The notes beneath the pieces were generated by a model, which ran no database searches, had not been told where the DNA came from, and was given only the letters and a program-made list of their open reading frames with translations. This document shows, one piece after another, positions 13,300 to 26,639 of a stretch of 64,000 nucleotides of DNA; positions within the stretch are counted from its first letter, which is position 1, and the number at the start of each line of letters is the position of its first letter. The position numbers and the translations under genes were made by a program. Source of the stretch: Octopus vulgaris (Eukaryota); NCBI GenBank assembly GCA_951406725.2, contig OX597822.1, positions 61,628,001 to 61,692,000 on the forward strand, read 5' to 3'.

Positions 13300-14130
13300 C
13301 ACACACACACCAAAATTGCTGCTGTAACTCTTAAATTGGAAAAACTCCCAGTCTACTGACTGCGACGCTCGGAAACGTGTGTACCGCTACTGCAGAAGCT
13401 GTTGTTATTTATATTTTCGCTTTATGGATTTAAATCAATAATGTCACTACTGTTAAAGTAGTTTTTTTGTTTGTGAGTGTGTGTGTGTGTGTCTCCGTGT
13501 GTCTGTGTGCGTTTGTCAGTTGGATATTAATAATCTTCTCTTCTTACCGTTTTTTTTTCATACTTAGAATTTGTTAGTATTCTTACACAGATTTGTGGCT
13601 GGTGGCGTGTTTATTTTAATGCAATTACCACAGTAGCGACACCCTCTCCCTACTAATTTAATAAAGGAAATCCATCGTTGAGTAAACAAAATAAAACCAA
13701 AAAAAAGAAAAGGTTTACAAAATTTGAAAAAAGATGAATTTGAAAAACAAGCTGTGTTTTGTATACTACTTCTAGATGAAATAGATGCACATGCATTTCA
13801 GTCTTCTTATGGTAAAATAATCCAATATAATTCCTTATGTGAAATAAAGCATAGCGAATTCCAAAAATACTGCACAAGTGAAGATAATACGTTTATTGGA
13901 GCCAAATATAATAACAAGAACAACAACAACAGTAATAGTCCTTTCAAATTTTGACACAAAGGCAGTGATTTCGGGAGAAGGGTTAAGTTGAAAACATTGA
14001 TCGCAATGCACAACTCGTACTTATTTTATCGACCCCTTTAGGATGAAAGACGAAGTTGACCTAGGCAGAAATTCAACCGTTAAACATTTGATTCGGCATG
14101 CTAATAGTTCTGTCAGTAATAAATAAATGA

Positions 14131-14204
<74 letters not shown>

Positions 14205-14206
<2 letters not shown>

Positions 14207-14482
14207 CTTTCTAATTGATGTATCAATACCAGCAGATGACAAAGTTTCTCTAAAAGAAATGGAGAAACTTTCAAAATACAAAGACCTGGAAATGGAGGTA
14301 ACTCGAATGTGGAATCTAAAAACAGAAACAATCCCTACCATAGTAGGCGCATTAGGTATAATAAAAAATATTCAGACAAATACATAACAAAAACACCAGG
14401 ACTTACAAATATATATAACATACAGAAAATTGCACTACTGGGTACTGCACACATCATGCGCAAAACGCTTTCAATACAGTAA
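14205..14482 (+). mobile_element. R4/Dong 3' fragment directly after (AAT)n
   Basis: CFLIDVSIPADDKVSLKEMEKLSKYKDLEMEVTRMWNLKTETIPTIVGALG; nearly identical to 47848-47993. Confidence 0.88.
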
Positions 14483-14550
14483 TGCCATGATTCGTCAAAG
14501 GTATGAATATGCCATGACATAAGAGAGAGATACATATCAAACATCAAGTA

Positions 14551-14789
14551 AGAAAATGGAGAGTTTAAATGGATTCTCCAATACTCTGTTGGAGAATCGC
14601 AATTGATCAACATTTAGTTTCTTTAATGTCCATTGGCCCTGATGATATCTTACCCTAAATCTTGAAAATACAAACTTATTTTATTATATAGTTTTGTAAG
14701 TTGTATTGTGTATAAATTGAAACAATTGTAGGCTTAATTAACGATATGTTAATAAATTAATTTATATCCATTCAAACTCTCCATTTTCT
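14551..14789. mobile_element. MITE-like element with 24-bp terminal inverted repeats
   Basis: agaaaatggagagtttaaatggat (14551-14574) vs atccattcaaactctccattttct (14766-14789), 23/24 match. Internal hairpin gattctccaa..ttggagaatc. Confidence 0.6.
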
Positions 14790-14790
14790 C

Positions 14791-14853
<63 letters not shown>

Positions 14854-14860
14854 TATAATA

Positions 14861-15225
14861 AAAGCACTCATAGTGCGCAAACGTCTGCCAAGGTAACACC
14901 AATGTCCTCTCAATGATTAGTCAGAGATGATTTTTAAAAAGAGAATATCTGAAATAAACTCAACTGGTCTCACAAACGAGAATACTAAAAATGAGCCTGA
15001 ACCCCTCTCAAAAACTAAGTAAAAAAAGAAACAGAAAAATTATCCAAAATCCTTGTCCGGTACCGGATCGATCCTAAAATCTAATCGGTTCGTGCCAGTC
15101 ACGAGGCCAAACATCCCTGAAAGTTTCAACTGAATCCCTCCTGTGGTTCTTGAGATATATTGTCTACGGATTATCAAACAAATACGACTGAAACAATACC
15201 TCCGCCTTCGCTTAGGCTGAGGTAA
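14861..15225 (-). mobile_element. Helentron-type non-autonomous element
   Basis: Minus strand begins with palindromic ttacctcagcctaagcgaaggcggaggta and ends ccttggcagacgtttgcgcactatgagtgcttt, the same terminal architecture as 8468-8599. Confidence 0.65.
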
Positions 15226-15286
15226 TAATAACAATGATACATATATAATATGTATGGTATGTGTGTGTGTATGTAGATACACATAT

Positions 15287-15347
<61 letters not shown>

Positions 15348-16199
15348 TATATACATACATATATGTGTGCGTGTTTGAGTGTAAATATGTATGTTTATAT
15401 CTATACCTATTTATCTACGTCTCTCTCCCTTTATCTATTTTCTACACACACACACACACACATACACACACACACACACACGCGCGCGCAAAGGCTCGTT
15501 TGCTTAGGTACCAACACACTTTTGTGCAGATATGACAACAACGGGTGCCTCCTGCAGCCGAAGTTCAGAGAGCTTACCTCCCATACTAACACATGCTTTC
15601 ATTCAATTATGGAAAATTTTATTCCATGATTATTCCCTCTCGGTTGCGGCCAGTTATAATATGCGACAAATAATAGAGATGTTAAATGCCAAGCAATGTC
15701 TGTGCCTGAAGCATTTTAAAGTGAGGAAAAATCTTGCATAGGACCAGTTCCCCTCTAAAAAACCACGTAAACATTTACAAAAAAAGACTCCAAAAATTAC
15801 TCTACAACACTGAGTATAAACAAAGTCGCATGTTTTCTATTAGAGTTGTCCTATGCCTAGGGAGATGTATTAACCAATACTAGGGATCTCACTCACTCCC
15901 AACTATTTGATGTCCTTTGAGAAGTTTGTTATTCGTCCTACCGGATGTGCAAGGAAAACTCCCTCCTTGCCCAGCAGGTCTGGTGATGTTGGCGGTTTAG
16001 TCGGTATCGGTTCGACCATGCATGCATGATTAACATACATACATACATACATACATACATACATACATACATACATACATACATACATACATACATACAC
16101 ACATGTCGCAACGTTCTCCCGAGACATAAGAATGGAGTATGGGCAAGATAAATGTATACACATGATAGTTAATCGAAGAAAGATAGTCAACTAAAAAAA

Positions 16200-17050
16200 A
16201 AACATGTACATCGATGTTTTGTCTATCTTCCCTATCTTTAATTATGAAAACAATAAGTATCTGGGAATCGATGAGAATGTTGGTGCTGTGACTAAATCTA
16301 GAATAACAAAACTGCTTCTATAGACTCCAGAAAATATAAAACTCAGAGCTGTCTGCATCTCCTACAATGTTTTTGGAGTGTCAATGCTAGTACCAACGTT
16401 TGGGATATTGGACTGGACACTCGAGATATGCAGCCTGGAAATCAAAACTAGAAAGCTAGTGACCACCACTGGTAACTTCCACATTGACAGCGACACCAAT
16501 AATATCTAAGAAGAAATGATGGCGGTAAAGACGTAAGGCCAGTCCCAACAGACTTTGGATGTCGCATTGTATCACTCAGAAAGTACTTGCTGAACAGCAA
16601 AGAGAGAAATGAGTACATTTCATGCATATTCAAAAGTGAGAACCTCTTCAGAGTTGAAGAGCTACTGTGCAGGTACATTGAGAATACAACAGTCTCATGC
16701 AACCCAAAGGAGGTTGGACTGGCCGACTAAATAGATAGTTGAAGAAGAAACGGGCATCACACCGGCGTAAAACAATGTGTGGGTACATATTCGTAAGCTA
16801 GAGGTTAATAACAGAAGAGAAGCCTTTCCCGGACCTGTTTTAGGTACATTACATCCTACCTCGAAGGATATGTCTTCGCTATCCAGGAACAGGAGAATAC
16901 TATTAGATAACTGGTGGACAAGAGAGAGATAAAGATGCCACCATGTTGTGATAGAAAATGTCTGCTGCTCCGCTATTCCAGTGTGGAAAGATCCTCCACA
17001 TCAATAGCAGCTACCCCAAAATGTCCGCGAGATTCTATCTTCCTCTAAAG
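16200..17050 (+). pseudogene. Decayed R4/Dong ORF fragment (second subfamily)
   Basis: KYLGIDEN..FGILDWTLE..TGNFHIDSD..YLRRNDGG..EGYVFAIQEQE motifs; homologous to 26640-27330. Confidence 0.75.
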
Positions 17051-17546
17051 GAGTGGAGGCACAGTCCTTTCGGACACTTTTCCTGGCGTACTCATATATT
17101 CGTCTCGTGTTTGAGCCGCAAAACCTTATTTTGTTTGTTTGTTTGTATTAAGGATTTTTTGATTTAATTTTGCTTATATGTTCACATTCTGTTGAGTTTA
17201 TTTACGTCTCTGTCCCTTGTCCGTTCGCAAATCGTTTCGTCTTGAGTCGCAAGGCCTTATTTCATAATATTTTGCTTGTATGATTATTGTTTTTATGTAC
17301 ACATTCTGTCGTGTGTGATCCCTTGTTCGTTCGCTATTTCCCAGCGGCTTCTCATCTCTGACGCCACCAAGGGTAAAAAAATATTATCGTTAAAGGCGAG
17401 AAATTGTTACGATCCTTTGGACGATAACTGACGAGGATTTATCGAAATCTATGCATTTTTCCGATTATTTAATGTGATTTCACGCGCGTTCTTATTTTGT
17501 AACAATCCAGTATATATATCTGTATATGTGTCAATATGTATGCGCG

Positions 17547-17606
<60 letters not shown>

Positions 17607-17648
17607 TGTGTATGTGTGTGTGTATGTGTGTATGTGTGTATATGCGTA

Positions 17649-17722
<74 letters not shown>

Positions 17723-18086
17723 AATAAATGTTTTTATATATAATGAACGTGAAATACAGGAAGGGACGAACACGGAACACAGACAAATCATTCGAAGCCT
17801 TCAATCTTCAGTCAGACACCGAATCATCATAGCAAATTTCGGCTGTTCAATTCTGATATTTGCTCCAACTCGGCCAGCCCCAAGAAAAAAAACTAAGCTG
17901 TAAGCATTAGATTTCTTGGTAGAAGACAGGAATGTGAACGCACAAGACGGATGTAAATACAAGAGACGAAAACGAAATTGAAAACAGTAATGAATAAACA
18001 AAATATATATAACGGTGGTTGTCATACGACTTTAGACCAAATGAGACAAAAACAACAACAACATAACAGCTGGCGTAGAAATAATT

Positions 18087-18126
<40 letters not shown>

Positions 18127-18241
18127 GTATATATGTATATATATATTATGTATATATATTATATATATATGTATATTTATGTGTGTATATAGATATGTAT
18201 ATATATGTATATATATATATATATGTATATGTATATATATG

Positions 18242-18273
<32 letters not shown>

Positions 18274-18367
18274 CGTGTGTGTGAGTGTGTGTATGTAAAC
18301 ATATGCATTCATGAAATTACGTAACCATTTAGTATATATATATATATATTTGTATATTATCAATATG

Positions 18368-18430
<63 letters not shown>

Positions 18431-18499
18431 GAAATGAAGAAAATGCTGACAAAATAATTTAAGTAAAGGAGAGTGTATTTAATTAGGTGAAAGTTCTTT

Positions 18500-18695
18500 T
18501 TATATATATAGGGAGAGTTTACGAAAAAAACAAAGGACGAAGACAGGTGGAGTTAAAAAAAAACAGAGGTATTAGTATAACGCTCTGGAATACAAAAAGT
18601 ATTTTACGTTTCGAGCCTACGCTCTTCTACAGAAAGGGACAGAAAAAAGGAGAGAAAAAATGTGTGTAGTGGCTAACGATCTATCATGGCGACTG
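18500..18695 (-). mobile_element. Penelope-like terminal fragment with degenerate hammerhead motif
   Basis: Shares tttacgtttcgagcctacgctcttc..gggagagaaaa..gtggcta(a/g)cgatctatcatggcga with 22540-22755 and 26430-26517. Minus strand reads CTGTAGA-AGAGCgtagGCTC-GAAACGTA. Confidence 0.55.
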
Positions 18696-18717
18696 ACTGC
18701 CGGTGTGTGTGTGTGTA

Positions 18718-18749
<32 letters not shown>

Positions 18750-18819
18750 CTTATGTACATATATACATAAGTATATATATATGTATATATTTATATGTGT
18801 ATATGTGTATATATATGTT

Positions 18820-18869
<50 letters not shown>

Positions 18870-18921
18870 TTGATTGATTTTGATTTTTCCAGTTTCAGCT
18901 AATGAGCTGTGGCCATGCTGG

Positions 18922-18967
<46 letters not shown>

Positions 18968-19343
18968 TATGCATGCATGAAATTACGTATATATGAAATC
19001 ATGTGTTTGTGTATGTTATCATTATTACGAAACTTTGAAACTAAAGCTATAAGTAACTTCATAGCGCAATAGCAAATTAGTCACAGGTGTAATGGACTGG
19101 ATAATATGTCGACAATAATTAATCTCTAACGTGCATGCACAAATCTTTAAACTCAGCAAATATCAAGACACAATGTTATATACACAAATTGTTCGAATTA
19201 TATTGGAGGATTCCTGGTTATTTCTAATTGTTCTGGATTATATTTTCAGGTGAATTGCTATTCTGGACCGCTAATTCATATTCGACATATGTTTCAGGGA
19301 AGATCACGTCATCGAGCGCGCACGCGCTCACACACACACACTT

Positions 19344-19375
<32 letters not shown>

Positions 19376-19999
19376 GCACACATACACACACACACATGCA
19401 CGCACGCGCACACACACGCATGCACACACACAAACACACACACAGAGTCATGGATTGTCTAATATATACTCACTCTGGCATACACACACACACAGAGATA
19501 CAACACGTACTCTCACATATTCACAACAGACATATTCACAAACGCATATACATATAGATACAAATACACAATCTCATACGCAACAGAAACGAAAGGACTA
19601 TATCGCCTTTAAACACTGTACAGAGATAATGAAGTCAAGTTTCTGTCAATGAAACAGAAGTGAAGCGGAAAAATCGAATAATTGAATTATCACTCAGTAA
19701 TAGTAATGGTGAGAAAGGAGAGTAGACAAAGAAAGAGCAAAAGAAGTAGAAGCAGAAAGAGAAGGAGGAGGAGGAGGAGGAGGTGGTGGTGGCGACGATG
19801 AAGCTGAAGAAGAAGAAGAAGAAGAAGAAGAAGAAGAAGAAGAAGAAGAAGAATAAGAAGAAGAAGAAGAAGAAGGTGATAGTGATAGCGGTGGTGGTGA
19901 TAGTGATAGTGGTGGTGGTGATGGTGATGACGATAATGGTGTAGTAAAAGAGGAAGAAGAAGAAAAAGATGATGATAATGTTGATGGTGATAAAATTTT

Positions 20000-20460
20000 T
20001 TCCTGATTTAAACCGAAACTCATTGGGCAAATCCTTCCAAATAAACGCTTTAACACGTGCAGAGCCACTCACATACAGCCATATTTCATATGCTGTTAAC
20101 AACTTTCCGTAACACTTGATGTCTTTCGTTGACAGCTACGACAAGCAATCAAGATGAGATTTCGAGCCTATCAGATCCGGTCCACTCCTAATAATAAAGC
20201 AGTATGAACAACCTGCTGCAGGAAAATATCAATAGTCAGTATTTGCCGAGAATTATCAAAGATTCAATTGTAGTTTTGTTTCTACACAGAGTGTATTCTG
20301 TCAGTGAAACAGCTTTCGATCCCATGAATGTCTCTGAACGACGTGTCTTATTTCACAACAGAACTTTCATATATCACATCGAATACTTCTTGTTGTAGTT
20401 TGTTCCAGTCTATATTGGTATATTCGAAATATCCAGTCGGACTTATGGAATTGCTTGAAT
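20000..20460 (-). pseudogene. Very decayed L1/Tx1-type RT fragment
   Basis: Broken translation IFDNSRQI..IF..ALLLGVD and WLYVSGSARVK resembles L1-clade RT motifs. Confidence 0.4.
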
Positions 20461-20671
20461 AGATTAGCAAGGATTGTCATATTCATTTCTACTCTAGGCA
20501 CAAGGCCTGAAATTTTAGGGGAGGAGGCCAGTCGATTAGATCAACCCCCAGTACGCAACTGGTACTTAATTTATCGACCCCGAAGGGATGAAAGGAAAAG
20601 CCGACCGCGGCAGAATTTGAACTCAGAACGTAAAGACAGAGGAAATGCCGTTAAGCAATTTTGCGGCGTCC

Positions 20672-20868
20672 TAGTTATCATGTGAAATTGGTTGAACGAT
20701 ATTTCGGCACTCTTCTATTTTTCATTTCTGTATAACTTCTGGAGGAAGTAGATTGACATATAATTTTTGAACCTGTGGAAGGCACGCTAGATGCCGAAAT
20801 ATCGTTCAACCAATTTCACATAACTATGGCACTCTTCTATTTTTTATTTCTGTATAACTTCTGGAGGA
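20672..20868 (+). mobile_element. Penelope-like terminus: inverted plus direct repeat around a minimal hammerhead-like fold
   Basis: Perfect 29-bp IR 20681-20709/20792-20820; about 41-bp direct repeat 20706-20746/20828-20868; hammerhead-like fold 20767-20809. Confidence 0.65.
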
Positions 20869-20890
20869 GTTACCCCAGTCTTATATAATC

Positions 20891-20913
20891 TTAATAATAA
20901 AAATAAAAATAAA

Positions 20914-20986
<73 letters not shown>

Positions 20987-21004
20987 GTATTAATAATAAT
21001 AATA

Positions 21005-21055
<51 letters not shown>
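20891..21055. repeat. (AAT)n-(GAT)n microsatellite
   Basis: Directly visible. Confidence 0.95.
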
Positions 21056-21056
21056 C

Positions 21057-21277
21057 TTTCTACTAAAGGTACAAGACCTGAAATTTAGTGGGAGGAGAAT
21101 AGACAATTACATCGACCCCAGTGCTTTCCTAGTATTTACTTTATCGACCCCGAAAGGATGAAAGGCTAAGTCGACCTCGGCTGAATCACAACTCAAAGCG
21201 TCGCGATAGACGGAATGCCACTAAGCATTTCACCTGGCGTGCAAACGATTCTGCCAGCTCACCGCTTTCTCGCCGCC

Positions 21278-21343
<66 letters not shown>

Positions 21344-21556
21344 GTTACAAATTTTGCCACAAGGGCAGAAAGTTTAGGGAAGGGGTTAAGTCGATTACAT
21401 CGACCCTAGTGTCCAACTGGCACTTATTTCATCGAACCCCAAAGGATGAAAGGCAACGTCGACCTCGGCGGAATTTGAACTCAGAACGTAGCGGCAATCG
21501 AAATATTGCTAAGCATTTCGCACGGCGTGCTAACGATTCTGCCAGCTCGCCGCCTT
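21057..21556 (-). mobile_element. Two SINE family A copies separated by (AAT)n (another at 20484-20670)
   Basis: Each has atcgacccc..aaggatgaaaggc..gtcgacctcggc..aagcatttc..cgtgc..aacgattctgccagctc. Confidence 0.88.
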
Positions 21557-22753
21557 AGTAACAACAACAACAATTATAATAACAACAGCAACAACAACAA
21601 TAATAAGGATATAGATAGTTATATTTTTCACTGTAACTGATCTGAAAGAATTGATATATCTTATTTAATCAACTAATTGAAGCACTCATTTAATTTTCCA
21701 TTGCCTTTTTATTTCCATCTAAGCTATTTTGCTTCACTGTAACACACTTTCCATGAAAATACTTTCTTGTACTTTAGTGTTATCAACTTAGTCTACGTTA
21801 TCGCTGCCATTTTCATCATTACCCATTCCGATAATATGTCTGTAATATCGCTGAGTAATCAATCGATGTGAAAATGTGATTGCATATTTCTACATCTGAA
21901 TAAAAAAATGTAAATCTTATCTCGTGTACTTTTTGATTTTGCTGTCAAAAATTACATTCGAAGTTATTTATCATATTAAAATCTTCATCAAAATATTCCT
22001 CCTGTCAAATGATAAGAGCATTTCTTTTTAATATTTTTTTCTCTATTCAATCATAGAAATATGATTGCGGCACTCCCATTGTAACGCAGGCATAGGTACA
22101 TGGTGAAAAAGTTGATTTGATAACTATATGGTTTTGGGTTTGATATCACTGCACGGCACTTTAGGCATAAATCTTTGATATTGGTTTTGATTTGCGAGGG
22201 AATTTGTCCGATGGTTTGTATCCTTCTTGGGTGGTAACATTAATCCATCGCCTGATTTAATACCATCGTCTGATTTTTGGATGAGTGATTTTGCAGAGTT
22301 CAGACTGTTTCAAACATTAGAGCTAAGCCCCGAGATTGAGGATATTTTCCCGCTTTCTCAGCAGAGAGATGGGCAAATTGCCATGCTTTGTAAAGCTCAT
22401 TGTCATAATGAACAAAGTATTACATGGCTGAACATTTTGTGTCGTTTTCTCACTCCACACATAGAGACACACCCACGTGCGCGCACGCACACACAGATAC
22501 GCACAAACAACCGTGTGTGTGTGTGTGTATGTGTATAGTAAGAATTTACAAAAAAAAAGACAAAAGACGAAGACGGGTTTGTAAACAACAAACATATATT
22601 AGTTTAATGCTAGGGAAGTGAGAAAGTCTTTTACGTTTCGAGCCTACGCTCTTCGAGAGAAACTAACACAGAAATAAACAGGGCAATAAAGAACTAAGAA
22701 ATAAACAGGGAGAGAAAATAGAAAAGACTTGGTGGCTAGCGATCTATCATGGC

Positions 22754-22811
<58 letters not shown>

Positions 22812-22813
<2 letters not shown>

Positions 22814-25095
22814 TGGTTTTGGTATTCTCCCGCTATCCAAGATCAGTGTCAGGCTTATCTGTGTGCGCCCCTCTTGCCTCTTGCCAAGAGTGATCACGCG
22901 GTCCTGAAGTTCGACATGCACACAATTTAATCTACGCCCACGACTACTTCGCTGCCACGTAGAGTCTTCTCTGCAATCAAATCTTGAAATTCCAACCGAG
23001 GCTTCCGCGCTTCTGGATTGGCGATCCCTGATGACGATGTCCTCAGTTGACGAACTATGGTCGTCCCTCAAAGCATATGTAATCTGGTTGACTGACCAAG
23101 CAGTTCCCGTTGGGCTTCCCAAGAAGAAGAAACACAAGCCCTGGGTGACGAAGAAGGCTAAACGAGAACTTCGACTCAGAGATATTGCTTGGGCTGAATT
23201 CAAAAATCTAGATTCGACTGCAGCTTTTGAGGTGTACAAAACTCAACGTGTCCAAGCCGTGAAAATTGAAAAGGAAGAACGCTTCAAATATGAATACAGA
23301 ATCGCTGCAAACGCCAGTCGCAATCCAAAAACCTTCTTTGCCCAACGGAATTCTCGCTTGAACAACCAAATTGCAAGGCGTATCGATTGAGGACCCTTAT
23401 CAGCAGAGTGAGTTATTTGCCGAGGCTTTTTCAACTATTTTCAAAAAAGATGATGGTCGTGATCCCCCTTCATTTGATAGATCGGTACCTCCAATGCCTA
23501 GATTGGTCATCACGCGGGACGAAGTCGTCGAACGCGTTATTCAAGGCCTCGATGTCAACAAGGGTCACGGCCCTGACGGCATACACCCATAAGTTATCAA
23601 AGCATTGGCTCCGGTCATCTGCGAACCTTTAACACTTCTATTCAATATGTCATTGGCGACGGGTGTTATACCTGCGGACTGGAGAACAGCGATAATCTGC
23701 CCAATTTTCAAGAAAGGGAGCCGCGAAGACCCGCTTAACAACCAACCGGTTTCCCTTACTTCAATAATCAGCAAGATGTTCGAAACCATCCTTAAGAAAA
23801 GTATGTTGCTCCACCTCCAAAACACAGCCTCTATCTCTGATTCCCAACACGGCTTCGTGCCGAAGAGATCATGCTTGACCAACTTACTGGTAATGGAAGA
23901 ATTGGTGACGCGTATACTGGATGATGGTGATGCTGTTGACATCGTTTTATTGAACTTTGCCAAAGCTTTTGACTCGGTAAACCACCGCCTAGTACTTGTC
24001 AAGCTTCAAGCATATAGTTTCCATCCGGATATTGTACGATGGGTTGGTTCCTTCCTCTCAGATCGCTCCTTCCAAGTCCAAGTTAATGGTTCGCTGTCCG
24101 ACATCTCCAGTGCGAGCAGTGACGTGCCTCAAGGTTCAGTGCTTGGGTCCTTATTGTTCTTAGTCTTCATAAATGACTTGCCCGATGACCTCACACAACA
24201 CACCCTTCTATTTGCCGATGATGTCAAACTGGTCGCTCCTCGCGGTGATATAGATGATCTTCGTCAATGCCTCCACCAAGTTTGGAGATGGTCTAACTAA
24301 TGGGACCTGTGCCTGAACGTGCCAAAGTGCTGTCATCTGCCTGTTGGCTCTTCTCCTGCAACTCAACCTGATTTCTAGCCGGGTCGTCTGCTGCTGGAGA
24401 GGACCGACCAGGTAAAGGACCTGGGTATCTTAGTGGATTCTTCCTTTTCGCCTTCGGCCCAGTGCGTCCATGCTGCCAAGAAAGCACGCGGAGTTCTGTT
24501 TTTGATTCGACGATCATTCGGAATGCTCACAGCAGTCATATTCCTACCGCTCTATGTCACGCTGGTGAGACCCATATTGGAGTACGGGATTCAAGTCTCT
24601 TCTCCTTATCTCCTCAAAGACATACATCATCTCGAAAGAGTCCTGAAGCTGGCTACCCGCATGGTTCTTGGTCTCAAGCATTTGTCTAATGAAGAAAGGC
24701 TGAAGACGCTCGACCTTTATTCTCGAGAAAAACGACGACGCCGTGGTGATCTCATTCTTGCTCGCAACATCATAAGCGGAAAGTGTAACCTCTCGAAAGA
24801 GCTGTTCTTCACTCCTGCTCTAGAGCGTCGGCTGCGGGGTCACTCCGAAAACCTCTATCTGCGACGATTTCATCTCAATCGAATGAGAGGGGCTTTCTCC
24901 GTCCGGGTTGCGGATCCATGGAATAAGCTGCCGGACGAGATAGCGAAGATGCCGACGACCGCTCGGTTCAAAGTCTCTCTTGACCGGAAATGGCCTGAAC
25001 TCTTTGCATGAACACCCTCCCTGTACATAACTCCATGTCCCCCTACATGGCCTTGCTTTTTGCTTTTTGAGCCAAAAAATTAACTTAACTTAACT
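22812..25095 (+). mobile_element. 5'-truncated CR1-clade LINE with disrupted ORF2
   Basis: KGHGPDGIHP, WRTAIICPIFKKG..PVSLTS, QHGF..RSCLTNLL, FAKAFDSV, VPQGSVLG..FINDL, LFADDVKL, LYVTLVRPILEYG, RRRRGDLI, WNKLP. 3' tail (TTAAC)n at about 25080-25095; (TA)n on the left; a few stops and frameshifts. Confidence 0.95.
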
Positions 25096-25097
25096 AT

Positions 25098-25169
25098 ACA
25101 CAAACAAACAACCATATGTGTATAAATATGTATATATATATACATCCACATATGGTTGTTTGTTTGTGT
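25098..25169. repeat. Perfect 23-bp-stem hairpin with TA-rich loop
   Basis: acacaaacaaacaaccatatgtg (25098-25120) / cacatatggttgtttgtttgtgt (25147-25169). Confidence 0.85.
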
Positions 25170-25460
25170 GCATGTGTGTATGTGTGTGTGAGTGAGAGAG
25201 AGAGCGAGAGAGCGAGAAATATATACATCACTAAAGTAACAAAGGGCTCTAGTTAGCACCGCTGTTGCTAAACAACTCAATGGCCACAGAAAGCACTGTC
25301 TTAATGAATGACAAGCGAGGCAAGCTACTTACATCAGAAGATATAGCCAGATCATCAATGATTTCGCATTTTAATGCTTACGCATCTTAATGCTCATCAG
25401 GGGGCTAAACTCAGCTCCCCTTGTCAGTTTATAAGATTGTGAATTAGCCACCCACATTAT

Positions 25461-25491
<31 letters not shown>

Positions 25492-26090
25492 CAACACACA
25501 CATATATGTACGTAAGTATATTTTCTAGGAATACACGTATATTTAGAACAGAAATCAGAAAAGCTAAACCTCATATGTACTTTATAATTTAATTATACTC
25601 GACAGTTTTTTCATTAGTGATACACGTCGCTTTCTATATAATTACGAACCTAAGATACATAATTAATTAAATTGAATTAAATTAATTCAAAAGTGATGTT
25701 TATCCAAATAATCGAGAAAAACATGGTAATCTACTGATTTAAATATGAACGAGACAGAAAAAATCGCGAGGACAAGAAAGAGAAAAATTAAGCTTTTTAT
25801 GTGAAATTTATACATTTAAAAATATTTCTAATTCTAAATATGATACTATAAAAGTTCATTTCAGCCGGTTTTGTATATTCAGCCGATTTTGCAAGTTTGT
25901 ATAATGTACAGGCGTTTAATGAAGTTTATTATTGACGTCTTAATTACAGTGAAATTAGGTTTTGATGTCTTTACATCAATTTTCTCTTTCTCTCAAACCT
26001 GAGAATTTGTCTAGCATCTCAAGTTCCACGCTACTGCCATCCGGCAGGAAAATCCGTTTACGAGACAAACTCCCAAGTTCAGTTAAAAAA

Positions 26091-26201
<111 letters not shown>

Positions 26202-26639
26202 TATATAACTAAGGATAAGATCGTTATTTAAATAGCGATCTTATCTGGTGGCCAGCATGGGAATAAAATCCTTCAAAGGTAATAATTATAATCAAAATTA
26301 TAATTTAGGGTATTTAAGAGATACCACAACGCTGGAAATAGCATCCAAAACTTGACTCTAAAACCATATTGAATGTTCATACAGCACCAAGAGAGATGAC
26401 AAAGAGACAAAATAAATATATATTGAGAATTTACAAAAACAAAAACGACAGAAAAGAACACAGAAATAAACAGGGAGAGAAAATAGGAAAAGGTTTAGTG
26501 GTTAGTGATCTATCATATATATAGGTGGTAAGAAGGAACCTTGGATCTAGGTTAGAAACCAGTTCTTTCTCTATTGGCAAGAAATCTTGAAATAAACTGA
26601 ATAATGACATATATATTACTGTAACCCATAATTTCTTTG

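Noticed and set aside
22227-22450. SPDLIPSSDFW resembling a mariner SPDLAPSDF motif
   Set aside because: Single short motif; an HDN-like motif lies on the opposite strand and there are no TIRs.
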